Source of the DNA: a virus
Lineage: Duplodnaviria > Caudoviricetes
Direction: 5' to 3' (one strand)
IMG/VR virus record: IMGVR_UViG_3300042366_000602
Coordinates: 1-27,972 of that record
DNA length: 27,972 nucleotides
Shown: piece after piece, positions 22,788-27,972 of the stretch
How the letters are laid out: every line of letters starts with the position of its first letter
Position numbering within the stretch: position 1 is the stretch's first letter
Notes under the pieces: model-generated
The model's database searches: none
The model's input: the letters and a program-made list of their open reading frames with translations, nothing else
Told to the model about the DNA's origin: nothing
Program-made: the position numbers and the translations under genes

Positions 22788-23180
22788 TTACGTGATGTCC
22801 TCGTACGAAATGCTGTACGTCAACGAACTAGCCGTGCCGCTGGTCACTGTGATTGACGTACCTTCTTGGAGGTAGATCGCGGTAGTCTTGTCCACCACGA
22901 TCAAGGAGGCGTTGCCGGGGACGGAGATAGCCGAGGCCACTGGAAACGCAGTTCCGCCTGACGGTGCAGAGCCTTGAGCCACAGCACCGTTGGTGTAGAT
23001 ACTGACTGTGGTGTTTGCCGCCGAAGCCGTGGTGTTAGCCACAACGATCTGGTTGATCTTAAACACCTTGCTGGACGATGCTGCGTTAGGCAGCAGAACC
23101 ACGGCAGTTGCGACGGACGGTGTGAGGTATGTCGTAACACCGTTGATGACGGTGACGTTGACGATGTTGGGATTTGCCAT
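22788..23180 (-). CDS. beta-rich tail-fibre-associated protein (130 aa)
   Basis: MANPNIVNVT...ISYEDIT, AAGGA SD, immediately downstream of the fibre gene. Confidence 0.75.
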   Translation of the reverse strand: MANPNIVNVTVINGVTTYLTPSVATAVVLLPNAASSSKVFKINQIVVANTTASAANTTVSIYTNGAVAQGSAPSGGTAFPVASAISVPGNASLIVVDKTTAIYLQEGTSITVTSGTASSLTYSISYEDIT

Positions 23181-23189
23181 GATGCTTCC

Positions 23190-23975
23190 TTAGAAACCAA
23201 AGATCATCGCCATTGCGATGCTTTTGCCGGTATTGATACCGCCAAGATTGCTCAATGCAGTAGCCGCGATTGTAGCACCTGTGCCGCCATTAGCAATTGG
23301 GAGCGTACCAGTAACTTCAGAAGCAAGATTGACATTACCTGCTGTAAACGCAGATGTGCCGTTGCCTTTAACCACGCCCGTGAGTGTTGCTGCGCCTGTA
23401 CCACCATTGCCCACGGCAAGAGTGCCTGCGACCGTCACTGCCCCGTTTGTAGCTGTGCTTGGCGTCAGCCCGGTGGTGCCGAAACTGATGGTGCTGACGC
23501 CAGCAGTCGGTGTACTAGATTGCCAAGTGGTGCCATTGCTGGTAAGAATGTTTCCTGCCGTACCCGGAGCCACAGTCTGAAACGCCGATGTACCATTACC
23601 AAGCAATACATTGTTTGCTGTGAATGTGCCAGCACCTGTGCCGCCATCAGCAACAGCCAACGCATTCGTCAAATCAAGCGTAGCTACATAAGCTGTACCG
23701 GCAGCATAGATGTCCTTAAACTTAAGACTGTTAGTGCCCAAATCAACTGTATTAGTTGTCTTTGGATTAAGAGTAGTGCTACTAGCTACAACATCCTGTG
23801 CCGGACCAATCTTAGTGATAGGAGCACCTTCAGCAGCAGTGCCGTCATGCGTATGACCTGTAGTGTTTACAAACGCAGCTTGAATGCTATCAAATTCACC
23901 ATCCAAATCTGCCGCATTGATGATGTTGCCATCAGCAATGTTATTTGCTGTGTCGCTACGGATATATCCTGCCAT
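23190..23975 (-). CDS. tail fibre protein
   Basis: N-terminal anchor (EFDSIQAAF..GHTHDG), three L.(V/I).xGGTGA repeats and C-terminal IAMAMIFG. Confidence 0.75.
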   Translation of the reverse strand: MAGYIRSDTANNIADGNIINAADLDGEFDSIQAAFVNTTGHTHDGTAAEGAPITKIGPAQDVVASSTTLNPKTTNTVDLGTNSLKFKDIYAAGTAYVATLDLTNALAVADGGTGAGTFTANNVLLGNGTSAFQTVAPGTAGNILTSNGTTWQSSTPTAGVSTISFGTTGLTPSTATNGAVTVAGTLAVGNGGTGAATLTGVVKGNGTSAFTAGNVNLASEVTGTLPIANGGTGATIAATALSNLGGINTGKSIAMAMIFGF

Positions 23976-23986
23976 GTCCTATTCCT

Positions 23987-25948
23987 TTAGCGCCTGTCGT
24001 GTGACGCAAACTCAATTGTAGCGGCATCAAACACTACAGGAGGAGTTAGCTGATCGCAAATAAATTGCAACGAGACTAAAAATCCACTACCAACAAGCTG
24101 CTTTTCATACACAGTCTTTAACTTTCCACCATAGACAGAAACACCATAACGAGCTTCTGTGGTGCCATAAAAAGCAACAGACTCATTGGTGTTTGACATC
24201 TGTATACTATCTGGTTGTAGCACATCCTTGTCGTCTAGGTCAAGTTTGACGTTTAACGCAATATTTGTTGTACCAACTGGTTGAATGTATAGATGCAGCT
24301 TGTATAGTGTTTTTCTGATGCGTGGATCATTTAGCGGAACAAATGGAGTTGCAAAAGAAGAAGTAATGGCAACATTATCAAATGTATTGCTCTCCTCCAT
24401 TTTATAGACGTAGCCATCAGCGCGGGCAAATACAATAAGCTCCTGCTGCTGATAAAAATCACTGTCAGCAGTGTAGCATTTAATACCTGTCAACTCAGCC
24501 CAGTTAATGCCTTCTTGATCTAGTTGTGTTCCTAAGATGCCTTTACTAGATGCTGATGTTATGGCAGCATCATATCCAAACAAACGATATTGACTCTTGC
24601 TCTTAATAACAACAGATGTAAAAGAACTGAAAGTAGTCAACAATGCTACCAATTCTTTCTGAATAGGCTTAGATGCTACAGCAAGATTGAAGTCACCAAT
24701 ACGATCTGTTGCTGACAAAAACCTAAGACCATCAGGTCCTAAGAACATCAAGTCTCCACCAACTTCTTGAACAGTGTCGCTAGCAGCGCAGCCAAGGTTT
24801 TCAGTGATGGGTTGAAGTTGATAATCTGCTGCTGTATTTCCAACAAGTCTCTTAATTGATTGCTCACAGAAAACGATGAGTTGTTCTCTAAATACCTTCA
24901 GTGCTGTTATCTTTCCTCCTACGTTAATGATACCAGCGCCATTAGCAGCAGATGTATCAGTATCAGAGAACGGAGCAGTAAAGATGAGGCTTTCATCTTT
25001 AGCAAAGAACAAACAATTCTTAAACCAAGCTACGTGTTCTACCCCCAACAAATCAGTAGTGCTAGTAAGCTGTTGAGCAGAAACATTATTGTAAATAATG
25101 GGATATGAAACACCATTAACAGCAACGATTTTATTTGTATTGTTTAGCTTATACTTCGAAAATCTAGTTTTAGTTCCAACAGGAAATGCTGTGCTTGTAA
25201 ACGTAATTGCTGCATCATTAGCAGGACTACTAGCTAGAGCAGGATAGATTGACAATGATGCACCACCGCTTGTTACAGAAACAGCAGAGGTGATGATGTA
25301 TGTCTTCTCAACGCCAGCAATGGTGAATGTGTCATATTGCTGAGGTGTCGATGTCAGTCCATCAACAACAATCGTTGACCCTGTCTGAGAGCCACCATTA
25401 ACGAGCACAGTGCCGTAAGAAGGCACATTGATTTGCGTATATCCAGTGCCAGTTGTTCTGTACAAATCAGAACCTCTAGCAATGATGACAGCATCATCCC
25501 AAGCTGCAATGCCTGTACTGACAACATCTGTTCTGTTGGCAAAAGTGACAACGGCTTTATCAGCAGGACTAGACACCAATGAGCTTGTCAGCGTCAGCGT
25601 CAAAACCTTATTGGTAGCGTCATAAGAAACACCACCAGCGCTAATGGTGTAGGTGTTAGCACCAATAGTGATAGTGCTACCCGCTGCAGGAGCAGCAGAT
25701 ACTCCCGCTAAAACAAGTGTGGTTCCTGTTTGTCCGCTACCCTGTACCACAGGCTTACCAGCCCACGGAATAGTGTTGCTATCATATTTGATATAGCCAA
25801 GAATACGCCTATACCCGCCCTCAATAGAGGGCTCAAAGTTACGCAATATTCTAGCGCTACCGGGTGCTTGAATGCCGTGTTGAAGAGGTGACAGATTGCT
25901 AATCAATCCACCACGAAATTCAAACTGATATGTCTGCCACTTATCCAT
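23987..25948 (-). CDS. tail tubular protein B / nozzle-like protein
   Basis: 653 aa. GGL...RNFEPSIEGGYRRI N-terminus, beta-propeller-like region (LGC....VQEVGGDLMFLGPDGLR). Follows the tubular-A-like gene. Confidence 0.7.
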   Translation of the reverse strand: MDKWQTYQFEFRGGLISNLSPLQHGIQAPGSARILRNFEPSIEGGYRRILGYIKYDSNTIPWAGKPVVQGSGQTGTTLVLAGVSAAPAAGSTITIGANTYTISAGGVSYDATNKVLTLTLTSSLVSSPADKAVVTFANRTDVVSTGIAAWDDAVIIARGSDLYRTTGTGYTQINVPSYGTVLVNGGSQTGSTIVVDGLTSTPQQYDTFTIAGVEKTYIITSAVSVTSGGASLSIYPALASSPANDAAITFTSTAFPVGTKTRFSKYKLNNTNKIVAVNGVSYPIIYNNVSAQQLTSTTDLLGVEHVAWFKNCLFFAKDESLIFTAPFSDTDTSAANGAGIINVGGKITALKVFREQLIVFCEQSIKRLVGNTAADYQLQPITENLGCAASDTVQEVGGDLMFLGPDGLRFLSATDRIGDFNLAVASKPIQKELVALLTTFSSFTSVVIKSKSQYRLFGYDAAITSASSKGILGTQLDQEGINWAELTGIKCYTADSDFYQQQELIVFARADGYVYKMEESNTFDNVAITSSFATPFVPLNDPRIRKTLYKLHLYIQPVGTTNIALNVKLDLDDKDVLQPDSIQMSNTNESVAFYGTTEARYGVSVYGGKLKTVYEKQLVGSGFLVSLQFICDQLTPPVVFDAATIEFASHDRR

Positions 25949-26671
25949 TTAGACTATTCTCGACCCAGAGATAATCATACTACCTTGTGGAACATATGTT
26001 GAAGTGACGTATTCATACCTATTAATGAGGATTGTCCTCATTCTCTTCAACCCTTCTTCGAACTTACTCTTAGAAATGCTGGCAGCTTGTTCATTGCTTC
26101 TAAACATATAAGCATGATATTTAGCACCGTCGAGAATGACATGCTTATATCGCTCAGGAACAAAAGGAACGTCTGTTGTATTAACCAAATCTACAGGAAT
26201 ACGATAGTATTCATAGACAAGTTCATAGGCGTCTTTAGGTGGAGGAATCACAATGTATTCTTCGCTAGGTGCATGACAAACCATAGACGGCACATTACGA
26301 ACAGAAGTGTCTGCCGTGTATTCTTGATCTACATAATGCTTCAGGTATTCATCATATGTAATTACTTGAAGACGTACTGTATCATTTCCAAATGTGCTGT
26401 CTGCTTTAATACGAAAACTGTCAAAGTCAATTTTGGAAGCATCCATCGGGAAACTATATCGACTCTGACCAGCAGTCAACGTATCTTCTTGTTCAACGTG
26501 ATTGAAAGGCCAATCTTGTCCTACCTGATTAATGTCACGTAAAGCATTATTGACAGCATCTTTAGCGTGGGCATAGAAGCCTTTAGCAGTGAGGAAATTA
26601 GCAGAGGTAAGCTCAACCTCGTTCAAAGAACGAAGCAGGGCGTTGGTGATTTCTAGATAGTTGTATGCCAT
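25949..26671 (-). CDS. tail tubular protein A / head-tail adaptor-like protein
   Basis: YLEITN..L..LNEV, VNNALRDI..WPF, P.PKDAYELVYEYY, P.VPERYKHVI.DGA. Confidence 0.72.
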   Translation of the reverse strand: MAYNYLEITNALLRSLNEVELTSANFLTAKGFYAHAKDAVNNALRDINQVGQDWPFNHVEQEDTLTAGQSRYSFPMDASKIDFDSFRIKADSTFGNDTVRLQVITYDEYLKHYVDQEYTADTSVRNVPSMVCHAPSEEYIVIPPPKDAYELVYEYYRIPVDLVNTTDVPFVPERYKHVILDGAKYHAYMFRSNEQAASISKSKFEEGLKRMRTILINRYEYVTSTYVPQGSMIISGSRIV

Positions 26672-26672
26672 A

Positions 26673-26993
26673 TCATTGCTCCTTAATGCGAAGCTTTATG
26701 GTGCGCTCTGCAATGGACCCACTGCTATCAGTAATGCGACAATATACTTTATATTCTACATTATTGGTGCCAAGTGCCAAGTTGATAGTGGCAACAGTAT
26801 TGGTATTAGTGTTAGCAACATTCTGAAGTCCATTGACAACACTGCCTGCTGTAAACGCTGTCTTCACTCCAGTAGAATTATCGGTAAACCAACTTACACC
26901 GCTAATAGTGACACCATCACCTAACCAGCGCGACCAATCTACGCTGTAGTCAAGCTGTTCATCTTTGTCCTTATTAGGCCACCGATACGACAT
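26673..26993 (-). CDS. small virion adaptor protein (fibre-tail adaptor-like)
   Basis: KD.DE.LDYSVDWS.WL..TI...W...Y.V.C.IT..G...ERTIKL.I pattern. Confidence 0.65.
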   Translation of the reverse strand: MSYRWPNKDKDEQLDYSVDWSRWLGDGVTISGVSWFTDNSTGVKTAFTAGSVVNGLQNVANTNTNTVATINLALGTNNVEYKVYCRITDSSGSIAERTIKLRIKEQ

Positions 26994-26994
26994 A

Positions 26995-27972
26995 TTATGT
27001 TCCTATACCTACTGTACGTTCTTTGCTTGTTGTACCACGACTTACATACACTTGTCTAATGTCTCTATCTATCACAACTGTTCGCGCTGTCGATTTTGGT
27101 TCAATATACAGCGTTCTTGGTTGAGATTCAACATAAACATACCTAGCAATTGCAGGTGTCTTTGCTTCAACGAAAACAATTCTATTTCTATCAAACGCAT
27201 TAGCATCATACGAGAACACGGTTGTTGTAACAACAACGTTCCCATTGAAAGACGTTACGCTATTTCCTGTAACTGCAAATCTACAATCAAGAGAAAATGT
27301 CGGTGTTCCAACGGCTGCTGTTGCAGAAACACCGGATAGAACAACAAGTTCGTCTAGTCTAACATTCGCTTGATAGAATGTCTGAACATTATCAAATCGT
27401 TCAGCAAGTAGTGTTACTGTTCCACGAAGAACATCTGGTGCATAAAACGTCTGCGTGTTGCTGACGAATGGCGGCTCCAGTGTAATGACAGATAGAGCCG
27501 TAGCTGCATAAAACGTCTGATTGTTGGTGACAATCGACGGGGTGAGTGATACTGGTCCCGCTGCAACTGTGGCACTATAAAACGTCTGCGTATTGCTGAC
27601 GAGTGATGGCTGTAACGCATTGAAAAATACAACTGTAGCTGCGTAAAATGTCTGAGCGTTATCGAAACGCGCCGTTTGAACAACATTACTAACAGTCTCG
27701 ACAACAGGGCTATGGAAAGTCTGAATGTTATCAAAACGTGCCGCTTGAACAACATTGCTAACAGTCGTGACAACAGCGCTGTAGAAAGTTTGAGCGTTGT
27801 CAAATCTTGTTGCTTGAACAACATCGCTAACAGTCGTGACAACAGCGCTGTAGAAAGTTTGAGCGTTGTCAAATCTTGTTGCTTGAACAACATCGCTGAC
27901 AGACGAGACAACAGCGCTGTAGAAAGTTTGAGCGTTGTCGAATCTTGTTGATTGAACAACATTGTTGACAGC
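26995..27972 (-). CDS. repeat-rich fibre-like virion protein, 5'-truncated (at least 325 aa)
   Basis: Manual translation shows the frame of the 74-aa ORF stays open to the window end and has no upstream in-frame start codon, which explains why the track truncated it. Confidence 0.85.
   Translation of the reverse strand, partial: AVNNVVQSTRFDNAQTFYSAVVSSVSDVVQATRFDNAQTFYSAVVTTVSDVVQATRFDNAQTFYSAVVTTVSNVVQAARFDNIQTFHSPVVETVSNVVQTARFDNAQTFYAATVVFFNALQPSLVSNTQTFYSATVAAGPVSLTPSIVTNNQTFYAATALSVITLEPPFVSNTQTFYAPDVLRGTVTLLAERFDNVQTFYQANVRLDELVVLSGVSATAAVGTPTFSLDCRFAVTGNSVTSFNGNVVVTTTVFSYDANAFDRNRIVFVEAKTPAIARYVYVESQPRTLYIEPKSTARTVVIDRDIRQVYVSRGTTSKERTVGIGT
27370..27972 (-). repeat. tandem 66-69-bp repeats (22-23 aa, N.QTF[YH] core), nine copies visible
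   Basis: Consensus VVQATRFDNAQTFYSAVVTTVSD. Near-identical 69-bp units at 27700-27960, more degenerate toward the C-terminus. Confidence 0.93.

Noticed and set aside
22974-23990. 338-aa plus-strand ORF
   Set aside because: Antisense to the fibre genes, with implausible Cys/Arg-rich composition and against the direction of the arm.
27414-27962. 182-aa and 91-aa repeat ORFs, or a CRISPR-like array
   Set aside because: Alternative frames of the 69-bp coding repeat. Units are contiguous, mostly vary at synonymous sites of the true frame, and have no unique spacers.
1-27972. Stop-codon reassignment, tRNA or rRNA genes
   Set aside because: Genes tile the window under the standard code using all three stops, leaving no intergenic space for RNA genes.

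Overview
This window is a fragment of a tailed dsDNA phage genome with podovirus-like organisation and two convergent arms that meet with no gap at 5224/5225. The + strand arm (1-5224) is a replication and nucleotide module: 5'-3' exonuclease (5'-truncated), a DUF5664-type dATP/dGTP diphosphohydrolase, an HNH nuclease, ThyX and a class II (B12-dependent) ribonucleotide reductase. After a terminator comes a three-gene cassette that includes a PD-(D/E)xK nuclease and an RMF-like small protein. The - strand arm (27972-5225) is the virion and lysis module. In transcription order it holds a 5'-truncated repeat-rich fibre-like protein whose true frame the ORF track mostly missed, an adaptor, tail tubular A and B-like proteins, a tail fibre, Gly-rich and triple-LamG accessory proteins with a shared N-terminus, a holin, an inserted HNH gene, a GH24 endolysin, a small HExxH protein and six probable internal/ejected proteins. 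The strongest candidate for an undescribed system is this last cluster. Five otherwise unrelated proteins share a short GG-hydrophobic-basic motif, terminal in four of them. The last protein carries an ADP-ribosyltransferase-like domain, the largest has a 22/110-residue Gln/Asn periodicity, and a mini-zincin gene sits directly upstream. All family calls come from motif recognition by eye; no database search was run.
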